Positions 8,711 through 19,790 of a stretch of 49,306 bases of DNA are shown in pieces (position 1 is the first letter of the stretch; every line of letters begins with the position of its first letter). Under the pieces are notes generated by a model. It saw only the letters and a program-made list of their open reading frames with translations, made no database searches and was not told where the DNA came from. Position numbers and translations under genes: made by a program. The stretch is from a virus: the IMG/VR virus record IMGVR_UViG_2654587756_000001; one strand, given 5' to 3'.

Positions 8711-10012
8711 ATGGGTGTTGCTAACTTTATTAAAACTAGATTATTGAATAATCGTGTAGAACAATACAACACAAAACGTAGCTATTGGGGTGAAGATGAA
8801 AGACAACCTAGAACTGATGGAATCAATACTGGCCTTGATCTAATTGATGCGCTTCCACCAGTAATTAATAAGACAATAGCTAATGCACGATATGCCGTTA
8901 AACTTGACGGATATACTTCAGGAATTTTGAAAAACAGGATTGATAAAGCTAATGTTAATATGGTATTGGTGGACAAGGACAATAAACTCTCACAGGAACA
9001 GAAATTAACTTTAATATTATGGGCCAGAAAAATCGACATCAGCCAGGTAGCAAAAAACATCCTGCAGGGAGGAATGGTTGATGGAGAGGGTTTAATTAAA
9101 CCGGTTGAACGTTGGGATAAGGATATCGGCAAATATATTAAACCAATATTTCTAGAAATCGGTGCTAAAGGCTATGGATTAAAAAAGGAATTTAATGATG
9201 ATAATGAAGTGCAGCTATTCCTGCATGAAATGCCTAAAGATGTTGTTAATGGCACTCCTGAAGACTTTAATAATTTTGTAAGCGTTGAAGAAGGAAAATT
9301 AACAGTTAAATATGACGCTGAAGAAGTTATTAACTTTATGTATAATGAAATATACTGTGAGGCTCAAAGCATTATCCTGAATTGCTTAGATGATATTTAT
9401 CATAAGTGCAATCTGGAGAGAAATCAGGTGGAGAGAATTAATAAGGATAATATTATTGAGGTTAAGCCTTCACTTGATGCTAACGGTCAACCTATAATTA
9501 CTGAACTTTCAAGCACTGCTAAAGAAAATCTTTATTCAGATTATGGAACTACTGCAGACAGTAATGTGGCTATTGTACCTCCAGGAATTGAATCTAAAAT
9601 ACTTGGGGGTAACAATTACCAGTCAGACTATACTAGACAGACTGAAATCTTTAGAAATAATATTTTAAGAACTTTTGTAACACCGCAGTCTCAGGCAGGT
9701 AATGAAAAATCAAACCAGAATGTTGCAGAATACATTAACGATTCGGCTATTACAGGTTTCATTGTTAATGTAGCCAATGACCAGAAATGGGTTTTAAAGT
9801 ACTGCAATGAACTATTAAATCGCCAATTGGAGTTAATGGGTATTAAAGATACGTATAATGTTTATTTTAGCTATTCAAGAGATGATGTTGTTAAATATAT
9901 AATGGAGTTATCAGCTGAAGGTGATGAAATATATGAGAATTATTTAAGTAACTTTGAAGAGGAACAGCCTGTAGGTGAAAGGATTGTAAGTGATAGTGGA
10001 GCCGAAATATAA
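8711..10012 (+). CDS. Putative portal protein
   Basis: ~434 aa, directly upstream of the prohead protease, helical ends with central beta region. No diagnostic motif recognised. Confidence 0.6.
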   Translation: MGVANFIKTRLLNNRVEQYNTKRSYWGEDERQPRTDGINTGLDLIDALPPVINKTIANARYAVKLDGYTSGILKNRIDKANVNMVLVDKDNKLSQEQKLTLILWARKIDISQVAKNILQGGMVDGEGLIKPVERWDKDIGKYIKPIFLEIGAKGYGLKKEFNDDNEVQLFLHEMPKDVVNGTPEDFNNFVSVEEGKLTVKYDAEEVINFMYNEIYCEAQSIILNCLDDIYHKCNLERNQVERINKDNIIEVKPSLDANGQPIITELSSTAKENLYSDYGTTADSNVAIVPPGIESKILGGNNYQSDYTRQTEIFRNNILRTFVTPQSQAGNEKSNQNVAEYINDSAITGFIVNVANDQKWVLKYCNELLNRQLELMGIKDTYNVYFSYSRDDVVKYIMELSAEGDEIYENYLSNFEEEQPVGERIVSDSGAEI

Positions 10013-10072
10013 TATATATTTATATAAAATAAGTAATAAAATATATAATAAATAATATAATAAAAAGTGATA

Positions 10073-11023
10073 ATGATGAGGCATGAACTTTTTGAAGTCG
10101 GATCATATGACTATTCCGATCTGGACAATCGACTTGACAAACCTGTTGAATGGACTGAAGATGATCTAAAGCTAATAGCTGAAAACTACCGTGGAGGAAT
10201 TCCTTTAACTTCTGAGCATGACAATATCTATGTCGGTATTGGAAACAATATCTCTTATGAAAAAGGTAAGCTATTCATTGAAGTTCCGGATGAACTGGAT
10301 ATGGAAGGAAAAGGTCTGTCCCCTAAAGTTGATGTCTTGCTGAAAGATAATGGAGATTCATTTGGAATTGATACTATGAGCTTAATAGATGTTGGTGTAA
10401 CTAAAAACCCTAGAAAAATTACTTTATTGAATTCTGAAATAACTGAAGATGTTGGAGAAACCAGAACTCATGAGCCACAACCTCATCCTCCCAGTAAAGA
10501 TGCTAATGTAGCAACTAGTCTGTTATTGGAGAAATTGCAGGGCAAGGATGCAGAAATTGGAAAGCTTCAGGATGAAATAAATAGCTTAAAGGAAGAATCT
10601 GAAAAATATGATGAAATAAAAAAAGCTATTGAAGAAAATAAGGAATTCATAGACAGTAAAGATGAAATCCTAAAAGAGTTATCAGAACTCAGAAAAGCCG
10701 AAAATGAAAGAAAAATAAAAGAGTACGAATCTAAATACAACTTTAACTATAATGAAAATGCACAGGATAAGGAAATAATTGATAAACTATTGTCTGGTGA
10801 TGTTGATATGGAACTGATGGAAAAACTGGCAGAGAGAAGAATACAAATAGAAGCCAGTAATGACGGTTCAACGCCTGGTGGAAGAAATCCTGAAAATTCT
10901 GGAAATGAGGGAGAAGTCGGTGAAACCGGCAGTACATCTGATGAAAATGCACCTTCCTTTACTACCCGTGAAGAATATAATAAGATTTTAAAGGACATGG
11001 GATTCAACAGAACTAGAATATAG
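10073..11023 (+). CDS. Prohead protease-scaffold fusion (Mu gpI-like)
   Basis: N-terminal IPLTSEH..VG, GLSP, LIDVGVTKNPR motifs, then acidic coiled coil and short C-terminal helix. Confidence 0.7.
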   Translation: MMRHELFEVGSYDYSDLDNRLDKPVEWTEDDLKLIAENYRGGIPLTSEHDNIYVGIGNNISYEKGKLFIEVPDELDMEGKGLSPKVDVLLKDNGDSFGIDTMSLIDVGVTKNPRKITLLNSEITEDVGETRTHEPQPHPPSKDANVATSLLLEKLQGKDAEIGKLQDEINSLKEESEKYDEIKKAIEENKEFIDSKDEILKELSELRKAENERKIKEYESKYNFNYNENAQDKEIIDKLLSGDVDMELMEKLAERRIQIEASNDGSTPGGRNPENSGNEGEVGETGSTSDENAPSFTTREEYNKILKDMGFNRTRI

Positions 11024-11610
11024 CTATGATGGTGTATTTTTGTTGCTTTTTACACTGGAGCTAGATTTTTCATGAATCCCTCGTTATTTGATGGGGAAGT
11101 GATTTTTTATACATTTTCTCACTTCTCCTGATATGCTGTATTGATACCCTTAATGCCTAATTAATGGGGGACAAGCCCTCATTTTAATTGCCCATGAGTG
11201 CCAATACAAATTAATTTAAGTTTACAAAACTTAACCCGAACCGACCGATAAATGGTCGGTTCTTAAATTTGACAAATTTAATAATTCCAAACCATAAACT
11301 CGGAACAGGGGGACAAGCCCCTGTTCCTCGAAACTTGATAGTACATTAATTGGGGGATCTATAGTATAGGCCTTTCGCTAACGCTCAAGGCGTCCAGTTC
11401 GACCTATGGTCGGACGGAACATCGAGATAAGATTGAAAATATTATTTTTATTTTGTAGAGTGGATTACGGAACCGACAACTGGTGTCGGTTCCTTATTAA
11501 GTATATACTCGCCAATTCTATTCGCCCCCACCTATACCATGCCTTCCACATATGCTTCCCTTTGGTCAGCATAGGGTCGGCATGGTTATGGTGGGGGCGA
11601 ATTGGCTCGT
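11021..11610. ncRNA. GC-rich multi-hairpin non-coding region (structured RNA or DNA cis-element)
   Basis: At least 8 stem-loops, including perfect 9-12 bp stems at 11238-11262, 11302-11327, 11469-11493 and 11521-11601. Strand and transcription unknown. Confidence 0.5.
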
Positions 11611-11705
11611 TTATAACGTGCGGTATGGAAGTTGGATTTGATTTGAATAAAATTAGTATTTAATCAATAGGTCAAAAATTATTTCTTCATGGAATCCAAA
11701 TACAA

Positions 11706-13082
11706 CTAATTATTTTCGATATTTTGTTTAAGATTGTTTATTAATTTTAATATTTCAATTAATCTTTCGTTATCTTGATTAAAATAATTTAAGAAAATTT
11801 CATATTCATTCATATCTTTAACATATTCTTCAAATTCCATTAAAAACCAAATTAAACTATCACAAACTGATTTAATAACATTCCTATCATTTTGTGTAAT
11901 TTCACTAATATTTTCGTGGATTAACTTATTTCTTTTTTCTTTAATATAATAAATTCTCATTTGATATGATTTGGGATACTTGTAGTGTTTAAGTATTTTT
12001 CTCATATAATTTATCACATAATTATCTGATCTATCAATGCCATTCTTAATTATTCTTTCACTTAACGTCCAGAATTTAAGAAATGATATATCTAAATCAG
12101 CCTCATTTGATGCTTTGTAATATAATATCAGATATTCATTTATTTGATAAATAATTTTTTTATTTTTGGATCTCATTAAAATTTTATAAAAATCATATAA
12201 TAAATTTGTATTTGAAAATTTAATTAATTTTGATTTTTCATATGTTTCACTATCTTTTAAAATACAATATGAATTAAATTCATCGCCAATAAAAGTATTA
12301 TCTTCATTCAATTCATGAATTGAAGAAATTTTTATGTCAGATAGATTATAGTCTACACTTAATGTATTTGCTCTAAACATTTTAACATTTTTTCGAAATA
12401 AATGTAAGAATGATAAATATCCAAAAAATAAATATACTCGATTAATTGCTTCTTTTTCCATCATGTAAAAACTTTTTCCTTTTGCAATATATTCCAGCAT
12501 AATATATTCAGTTTTAAAATCTTTTCTTAATTTTTCATCTTCAAAAGATAAATTATTTGGATTAAATATCTTTAAATTAAATAAATGCAACATTTCACAA
12601 AATTTATCTTTGATTGAATCTATTAATTCAATATTTGTGTAAAAAATAAATTTTATTTTAAAATTATTTGTTGTTTTTGAAGAGTGGGCTATTTTATTTA
12701 TTTCAACTAAAAATTCATTTAGAATATCCTCATCGTTTTGATATTTTACATTATTCAATATCCTAAAAATATGTATTATAAATTCTTTTTCAGTGATTTC
12801 ATCATTCATTTCATTTTCAAAAGTTGTAGTCTCTTTTAAGTATGACCAAACAAGATTTTGATAATATTCTATATTTTTGCTTGTTGACAAACGTCCGTCT
12901 TCATCTTCATCAATAATCTTTGATCCTTCAATTAATGTTTCTTTCAAAGATTTCAAGTGAGAAGATTTATTTTCTTTAAATTGAATTGGTTGTTTAGCTA
13001 ATTTTAAAAAGACTCCACAATGATTGCAGTATTTTGAATTTTCAGGTATGTTTTTATTACCGCAGTTTTCACATGATTGCAT
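11706..13082 (-). CDS. Zn-ribbon plus HEPN (ApeA-like) cargo protein
   Basis: CENCG...KYCNHCG at N-terminus; FLKFWTLSERI helix and RNKLIH (Rx4H) near C-terminus. Confidence 0.65.
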   Translation of the reverse strand: MQSCENCGNKNIPENSKYCNHCGVFLKLAKQPIQFKENKSSHLKSLKETLIEGSKIIDEDEDGRLSTSKNIEYYQNLVWSYLKETTTFENEMNDEITEKEFIIHIFRILNNVKYQNDEDILNEFLVEINKIAHSSKTTNNFKIKFIFYTNIELIDSIKDKFCEMLHLFNLKIFNPNNLSFEDEKLRKDFKTEYIMLEYIAKGKSFYMMEKEAINRVYLFFGYLSFLHLFRKNVKMFRANTLSVDYNLSDIKISSIHELNEDNTFIGDEFNSYCILKDSETYEKSKLIKFSNTNLLYDFYKILMRSKNKKIIYQINEYLILYYKASNEADLDISFLKFWTLSERIIKNGIDRSDNYVINYMRKILKHYKYPKSYQMRIYYIKEKRNKLIHENISEITQNDRNVIKSVCDSLIWFLMEFEEYVKDMNEYEIFLNYFNQDNERLIEILKLINNLKQNIENN

Positions 13083-13301
13083 ATTTTAGGGTTTATTATT
13101 TATGATATAAATTGCTATTTATTTTTCTTTATTTACCGAAAGAGTTTATCTATTACAGATAGGGCTGTTAATGTTGTTCTTAATCAAACTTCATGATATA
13201 GATAATTGTCTGTGAAAACACTTTTTAAAAGTGGAATCATTAATGTTAATATTACTTTTTTTATTATATTATTTATATAAATAAGATAATAAATATTAAT
13301 C

Positions 13302-14489
13302 ATGACATTAATTAAAGAATTACAAATCAATATTTCAATGAGTAATTTCACTGAAAGGAGTAGTAGCTATTCCTCAAATTATGATTATATATTGTTAGAT
13401 TCTCTAGCTGGTAGTTCTTATTCAAGCTTATTCCGAAATGATTTGAAAAATCTAAAAATCAAAACATTGGATGGGACAAATTGTCCAGTACTATATCTTC
13501 CAGCTTATGAATCTAAACCTGCAGTTATTCTTGTTAGAATTCCAGTTGCTGAAATTTCACAGACAACTAAATTAATTTTAGCAGTATATGATAAGTCAAC
13601 TACATTTTCAAGTTCACTTTCTACTTCTGGTGAGGTTCAATTTTTTGATGCAAATAGTGATACATACTCAGATTTTTTTGAGTCATGTTCTGGTTTAAGT
13701 GTTGAATATGATTCAATTGATTCGGGAAATGTGATACGTTCACGTTTTGTTCCAATGGATGTCTCATGTTTATGTACTAAAAATTTATCAGGCCAATCAT
13801 GTGCAAATGGCAGAGTAGTTTTTGCCAGGTTTAAAAGGGCTGGTGGAGCTATTACTACTTATGATTCTTTTAACTATCCATATGGCAGTGATGAACTATT
13901 AATATCTGTATTTATGCAAACAGATTATAATTTAACACCATATCATGAAGATATGAAATTTAGTTCCATAATAACTGGACAAGAGAAAGACTATTGTTTA
14001 CTTGATGGTGTTAGTGATTTAGTAATGTCTTCTTCATGGGATGCATATAATTCAGGAACTGATGAGGAAGGGGACTGGAAACAATACCATTATCATATGA
14101 GAGCAGGAACGGGATTTTCAGTTAGTTCTGATTATTTGGAAGGATTTAGTAGAAACAATCCAGCACATATTCATCAAACAAGTTATGATGAAGTAATGAT
14201 TGATGCAACATTTTATGAAGATTCTGAATTATCAGATTTCAATTATTTGGATTTAAAATGGCTGCTTGTATTTCCATCCCCATTATTTGCAGCTAATGGT
14301 ATTCCAACAATAACAGTTACAGAAAAAGATTCTAAACATGGAATTAGATTATATAAAGGAATCCATGAATATCCTAAAGCCTATAAAGGAGCTATATTAT
14401 TGTGGGATGCTAATGATGAGAATTTAGAAGATACCGGACTGCATCTGCCGGATAAAATAATTAATCATAACTGGGATTGGGTGTTTTAA
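13302..14489 (+). CDS. Putative virion protein with DUF2341-like N-terminal domain
   Basis: NLKIKTLDGT.CPV...AVILVRIP...ILAVY resembles the DUF2341 pattern; first gene of the fibre block. Confidence 0.4.
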   Translation: MTLIKELQINISMSNFTERSSSYSSNYDYILLDSLAGSSYSSLFRNDLKNLKIKTLDGTNCPVLYLPAYESKPAVILVRIPVAEISQTTKLILAVYDKSTTFSSSLSTSGEVQFFDANSDTYSDFFESCSGLSVEYDSIDSGNVIRSRFVPMDVSCLCTKNLSGQSCANGRVVFARFKRAGGAITTYDSFNYPYGSDELLISVFMQTDYNLTPYHEDMKFSSIITGQEKDYCLLDGVSDLVMSSSWDAYNSGTDEEGDWKQYHYHMRAGTGFSVSSDYLEGFSRNNPAHIHQTSYDEVMIDATFYEDSELSDFNYLDLKWLLVFPSPLFAANGIPTITVTEKDSKHGIRLYKGIHEYPKAYKGAILLWDANDENLEDTGLHLPDKIINHNWDWVF

Positions 14490-14490
14490 A

Positions 14491-15267
14491 ATGATTATTG
14501 ATTATGATGGCGGAAGTACAATAGGACACGGACGTGGATATCCAACAGGATTGGAACATTCAGAAAAAATGGATGTTATTGCATGCCTTCTGGATGAGGG
14601 CGAAAGAACCTATGTTAATGAAGAGCATACTGCATGGATTTCTTCTGATAGATGTGCAGTCGGTGAAATGGTAACACTGGATGAATCTTCATCAATGGAA
14701 CATACAATAGTTAGAAAAGCCAAAGAAGGGGATTTGGCTTTCGGTTATCTTTTAGGTAAAGTACAGGTCAAAACTTCAGGACTAACATTGGTTACTGTTG
14801 CAGTTTTAGGTGATGTTTTCAGATTAAAACTCAAAAGACCAGCACCAAAGGAAATACTTCCAAACACCAGAATCTACATTGACGGTGACGGTGAATGCAA
14901 TCCGGTCGAAGGCCATGATTTAAGACTATTATCCATTGTTAACCTAACGGAAAACACATCAACCAATTACATTAGGGTATACAGACAGATGTCTGAGATT
15001 GAAATGTATCCGGAATCTCAGAACTGTATTGATCTTGCAGATTGCAGTTTTGAACAGGATGAAATAACTCATGTCGTTAATATGATCATACCTTCAGAAT
15101 CAAATATTATGGCTCAGGCCAATTATGTTAAGGATAATGATGGTGTTACATATTGTGAGCTTCCTGATGTGGCTATTGTCAATAATGTCAGATTTGTATG
15201 GGAAGACAATAAACTGTACATGGAATGGGAAGGCTGTGATGACGGTGAAAAAGTATACTTTATATAA
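14491..15267 (+). CDS. Capsid decoration-like paralogue with C-terminal extension
   Basis: N-terminal ~135 aa align with 32888 and 16815 (AVLGDVFRLKL vs LVLGHLFRLKL vs LLLGGLYRLKL). Confidence 0.55.
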   Translation: MIIDYDGGSTIGHGRGYPTGLEHSEKMDVIACLLDEGERTYVNEEHTAWISSDRCAVGEMVTLDESSSMEHTIVRKAKEGDLAFGYLLGKVQVKTSGLTLVTVAVLGDVFRLKLKRPAPKEILPNTRIYIDGDGECNPVEGHDLRLLSIVNLTENTSTNYIRVYRQMSEIEMYPESQNCIDLADCSFEQDEITHVVNMIIPSESNIMAQANYVKDNDGVTYCELPDVAIVNNVRFVWEDNKLYMEWEGCDDGEKVYFI

Positions 15268-15332
15268 ATAAAATAATAAAATATATAATAAAGTAGATAA
15301 TAAAATATATAATATTATAGAGAGGTTTTAAC

Positions 15333-15524
15333 ATGACAATAAGGAAACTGGTAGGAACTTTAGAAAATAAAGGACCATACATTGACACATCAACAGGCCA
15401 CTGGTTCTACTGGAACGGCACCAAATACGTTGACAGCGGATATCCTTATGCCGTTAAACCAATAATATCATTTAAAATAGAAAATGGTATTCTCTATTAT
15501 TCAATCACTTGGGAGGCACAATGA
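15333..15524 (+). CDS. Small fibre-associated protein
   Basis: PYIDTSTGHWFYWNGTKYVDSG resembles PYIGxNGNW...DTG fibre repeats; GAGAGG RBS. Confidence 0.55.
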   Translation: MTIRKLVGTLENKGPYIDTSTGHWFYWNGTKYVDSGYPYAVKPIISFKIENGILYYSITWEAQ

Positions 15525-15679
15525 AATACATCAAATACTTTGAAACTTTAGAAGAATACGAAACCTGGATAAACGTAGAAGAAAACGCTCGTGAAGTATA
15601 CGAAAATGAAGAAAAGATTTGTGTTGACGGAGTAATTTTAAGTCATACTAATGATGAGGCGATAGCAGATGATATATGA
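15521..15679 (+). CDS. Small acidic hypothetical protein (52 aa, not in ORF track)
   Basis: MKYIKYFETLEEYETWIN...IADDI; ATGA overlap with upstream stop and overlap with the next gene. Confidence 0.6.
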   Translation: MKYIKYFETLEEYETWINVEENAREVYENEEKICVDGVILSHTNDEAIADDI

Positions 15680-15920
15680 ATGGTTAGAAAAGAACAGAAA
15701 AGACATTGACATATTAACATCATTCTTAGTTACCGTTATTCCCATTATCATGTTATACTCAGAATCTTTAGGCATTAGTGAAAATACTGTTCCCTACTGC
15801 ATCCTCATGATAGTGTTAGGAATAGCCAGCCATTACGCAAGTAGGATAAGAGGCGAAGGAGATGTTGAATACGCTAAGAAAAAAGCTAAAACAGTATTGG
15901 GATACCCTCAAGGAGAATAA
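15669..15920 (+). CDS. Two-TM membrane protein, holin candidate
   Basis: Two hydrophobic segments and a basic C-tail. Confidence 0.45.
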   Translation: MIYEWLEKNRKDIDILTSFLVTVIPIIMLYSESLGISENTVPYCILMIVLGIASHYASRIRGEGDVEYAKKKAKTVLGYPQGE

Positions 15921-15944
15921 AATCCTTTTAAGAATAATATTAAG

Positions 15945-16208
15945 TTGATGATTATGAACGAATTAAAAAAGAAGATATTCATCTGTAACTTTACCAAAAC
16001 AATTTCAAGTGCTGTTTTAACAGCAATAGCTATCAACATTATCATGACTAATGCAACTAAATGGAGTTTAATTGAAGGTCTATTACCATTTACATTAGCT
16101 ATCATTATTGTCGCATCAATTGATTATTATCAGTATAGATGTGAGCGTGAAGACAAGATAAATTTGGAAGATTTGGAGTCAAGAATCCAAAAACTGGAGA
16201 ACGAATAA
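15945..16208 (+). CDS. Two-TM protein with C-terminal coiled coil, holin candidate
   Basis: Two hydrophobic helices, then LEDLESRIQKLE. Confidence 0.45.
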   Translation: MMIMNELKKKIFICNFTKTISSAVLTAIAINIIMTNATKWSLIEGLLPFTLAIIIVASIDYYQYRCEREDKINLEDLESRIQKLENE

Positions 16209-16209
16209 G

Positions 16210-16809
16210 ATGGATAAAAATATTTTAATTGCAGTCCCGACCTTTGAAAACATCAAGCCGGAATGCTTTAAAAGCATATATGGTCTAACAAGGCCTGAGG
16301 GTTATAACCTATGCTTTGATTATGTAGCAGGCTATGACTGCGCCAAGGCCAGAAATCAGATTGCTAAAAACTCAATGGCCGGAAACTATGACTATGTATT
16401 AATGGTAGATTCAGACATTCAGCTACCGTCAGATGCTTTAGTCAAATTATTGGAATGTGAATCTGATATTGCTCTTGGATGGTACTACAGAAAAAGAACA
16501 AAAACAGATCAGACAATAATCTACACCTTCGGAAAAGACTTCAACGATGACAACTGCATCAAAGGAAGAACAATGATTCATGAAGTTCCAAGGCCAATTG
16601 AAATTAAAGGAGGAGGACTGGGAATTGCATTAATCAAAGTAGAAATCTTTGAAAAACTCCAATATCCATATTTCAAGTTCGTAACTTATCCAAATGATTC
16701 AGTCCTGTCAGAAGATTTATATTTCTGCAATTTAGCTAGTGAAAATGGTTATAATATAAAATGCAATCCGACTGTAAAAGGAAATCATATATTTGAAATA
16801 TTAATGTGA
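16210..16809 (+). CDS. GT-A (family 2-like) glycosyltransferase
   Basis: ILIAVPT, ARNQIA, YVLMVDSD (DxD), GGGLG, SEDLYFC. Confidence 0.85.
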   Translation: MDKNILIAVPTFENIKPECFKSIYGLTRPEGYNLCFDYVAGYDCAKARNQIAKNSMAGNYDYVLMVDSDIQLPSDALVKLLECESDIALGWYYRKRTKTDQTIIYTFGKDFNDDNCIKGRTMIHEVPRPIEIKGGGLGIALIKVEIFEKLQYPYFKFVTYPNDSVLSEDLYFCNLASENGYNIKCNPTVKGNHIFEILM

Positions 16810-16814
16810 TATAC

Positions 16815-17447
16815 ATGACAGATACAATTGTTTTATTGGAAGAAAGAAAGGAGATTACTACCTTCTTATTGGATGATGGAGTTAAAACATTAGTCGATAA
16901 TGTAGTAACTGCATCAGGTAGTAGTCTTGGATATGAATATTCCAATAAGTGTGTAGTTGATGATATACTTTGTATTTCAGACAAATCTGCAATAGGAAAA
17001 GAAAGTTTAAGAAAATACACCGGAAACGATACTGAAGTTCCTGTAGGCGTACTTGTCAATGAACCAGTTGTAATGACGGCTGGGGAGAGAAAAGGAAGCG
17101 TACTTCTCTTAGGCGGACTTTACAGATTAAAACTAGCTTCAGGTATTGTTAATGTTAAAGCAGGAGACAGAATAAAATTGTCTCCAAATGGAGCAATTGT
17201 TGATAATGCGGGTGAGTTTCTGGCATTTCATCCTGTTGCAAATTCGGATGAATATAAATATGTCAATTGTTTCCAAGTCAGTCTTGGAGGTAAAGGAGAG
17301 AAAGGAGACACCGGAGATACAGGCGCTGCTACTGTCATACTCGGGTCTTATAATACTTTCGAAGAATTAATAGCAGCACATCCAACTGCCAATGAAGGAG
17401 ATGCATTCCTAGTAGATGGAGAACTATTCGTTTGGCATAACGATTAA
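16815..17447 (+). CDS. Capsid decoration paralogue fused to short collagen and truncated fibre module
   Basis: First ~155 aa clearly homologous to 32888; then [13 protein letters not shown] and ILGSYNTFEELIAAHP..GDAFLVDGELFVW. Confidence 0.75.
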   Translation: MTDTIVLLEERKEITTFLLDDGVKTLVDNVVTASGSSLGYEYSNKCVVDDILCISDKSAIGKESLRKYTGNDTEVPVGVLVNEPVVMTAGERKGSVLLLGGLYRLKLASGIVNVKAGDRIKLSPNGAIVDNAGEFLAFHPVANSDEYKYVNCFQVSLGGKGEKGDTGDTGAATVILGSYNTFEELIAAHPTANEGDAFLVDGELFVWHND

Positions 17448-17479
17448 AAAAATTAACTAAAATAAAATAGAGGTGTTTA

Positions 17480-18356
<877 letters not shown>

Positions 18357-18381
18357 AAAATAATTCCATAAAATCCCTAAT

Positions 18382-18426
18382 AATAGGAAGTACTCGCTAT
18401 TAACAGTAGTACTTCCTATTTTTTTT
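18382..18426 (+). terminator. Perfect 13-bp hairpin followed by a T-run
   Basis: aataggaagtact-(13 nt)-agtacttcctatt-tttttt. Confidence 0.65.
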
Positions 18427-18450
18427 AAAAAAATTTCAAAGGTGAAAAAA

Positions 18451-18669
18451 ATGTCATGGATAAATGTAGGAAGAGTAAAAGGAGACACTGGAGCTAAAGG
18501 AGATACCGGTGCAACAGGTCCCGTTAATCTAGTTTCAACATTGAATACAAGTGACACAACAAATGCAGTTACTAACAGTGCAATAGCTACAGCAATTCAG
18601 GATGTTACAAATCAGATAGGAACAATAACCGCAGCACAAAGTGCCAATTTAACATTACTTGGGAGCTGA
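18451..18669 (+). CDS. Small collagen-containing adaptor-like protein
   Basis: [23 protein letters not shown] followed by a helical tail; AGGTGA RBS. Confidence 0.75.
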   Translation: MSWINVGRVKGDTGAKGDTGATGPVNLVSTLNTSDTTNAVTNSAIATAIQDVTNQIGTITAAQSANLTLLGS

Positions 18670-18674
18670 TTAAC

Positions 18675-19778
18675 ATGCCATTCACTCCACCAGACCTTTC
18701 AGAAATTCTAACAAATGAACAAGAATTAAATACAAAACTAAATTCCTGTAAAAGTGAATTACAAAGTATATTAACAAAGGAAGGGATTGACTATACTTCA
18801 TCTGAAGGCATTATTCCATTAATCAGGAAACTACCATACCCAACTCCAACAACAATAGAATTATTTGGAACAAAAGAATTTTTAACTAAAGATGGTTCTC
18901 AAACATATAATCGAAGTATGGATTTACGTCCAATTGTTAGAGATCAAAATGGTAAGTCCATGATGAATCTTTCAGTAACAATAAGAAGAAGATCAGGAAC
19001 CACATCAGGCGCATGGACAACTTTAGGCACAATAACAACCGGCCAAAGCTTAAACGTAACTCCACAATCAAACAACGGAAATTATAGATATGAAGCATAT
19101 GTCACCAATAACAGCAATGTTTCAATACATTACGATGTTCCAAATTATTACATGTATTATCCAGCCAAATATGGTCAAATTTTAGCAAGTGTTGTAGATT
19201 ATGCAAATCCGATGGAATACAGCAATTGTAGAATAAATACCGAAGACTTCTCAATGGGCGGGAATTTTATAGACCTTCATGCCCAAAGTGCAGGACAAAT
19301 GTATGCAATATTCCCATTAAAATATTATCCGCCATTAACTCATGTTGATACAAACACAAACATACAGATAGGATTTGATATAACCAGAGGAAATGTTCCG
19401 GTTTCAACAAAAGCCATAGGTATTGGTGGAGGAATGTATAATCCAGAAGATTCATATGGCGGATCACTAGGATTGTTTCTGGATGCATCAGATGGTGATA
19501 CATTAACTTCAAGAGATACATTTTTTATTCCACAATGGTCAACAGATAAGGGTTTTACAGAAAGTGGAGTAAGTAAAGAATGTTATATTCAAATTAACGG
19601 AACTTATAATGGAGGTTATGCATATATGTACGGAGAAGGAGGAGATCCATCAGATTATATGCCCTATTGGTATGGTGAATCTATAGGAACACCTGTCGTT
19701 ATGGCATATGCAAATAATGTCTCAGCAAATGAAAAAGTCAGATTAAAAATAAAATATATCAGAGCAGTTACACCCTGA
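18675..19778 (+). CDS. Putative fibre tip/adhesin-like virion protein
   Basis: N-terminal helical module, then beta-rich Y/G/T-rich domains; inside the fibre block. Confidence 0.45.
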   Translation: MPFTPPDLSEILTNEQELNTKLNSCKSELQSILTKEGIDYTSSEGIIPLIRKLPYPTPTTIELFGTKEFLTKDGSQTYNRSMDLRPIVRDQNGKSMMNLSVTIRRRSGTTSGAWTTLGTITTGQSLNVTPQSNNGNYRYEAYVTNNSNVSIHYDVPNYYMYYPAKYGQILASVVDYANPMEYSNCRINTEDFSMGGNFIDLHAQSAGQMYAIFPLKYYPPLTHVDTNTNIQIGFDITRGNVPVSTKAIGIGGGMYNPEDSYGGSLGLFLDASDGDTLTSRDTFFIPQWSTDKGFTESGVSKECYIQINGTYNGGYAYMYGEGGDPSDYMPYWYGESIGTPVVMAYANNVSANEKVRLKIKYIRAVTP

Positions 19779-19790
19779 GGTGATTAATTA

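Noticed and set aside
11406-11663. 85-aa ORF in the hairpin region
   Set aside because: Atypical composition, no RBS, better explained by GC-rich stems lacking stop codons.
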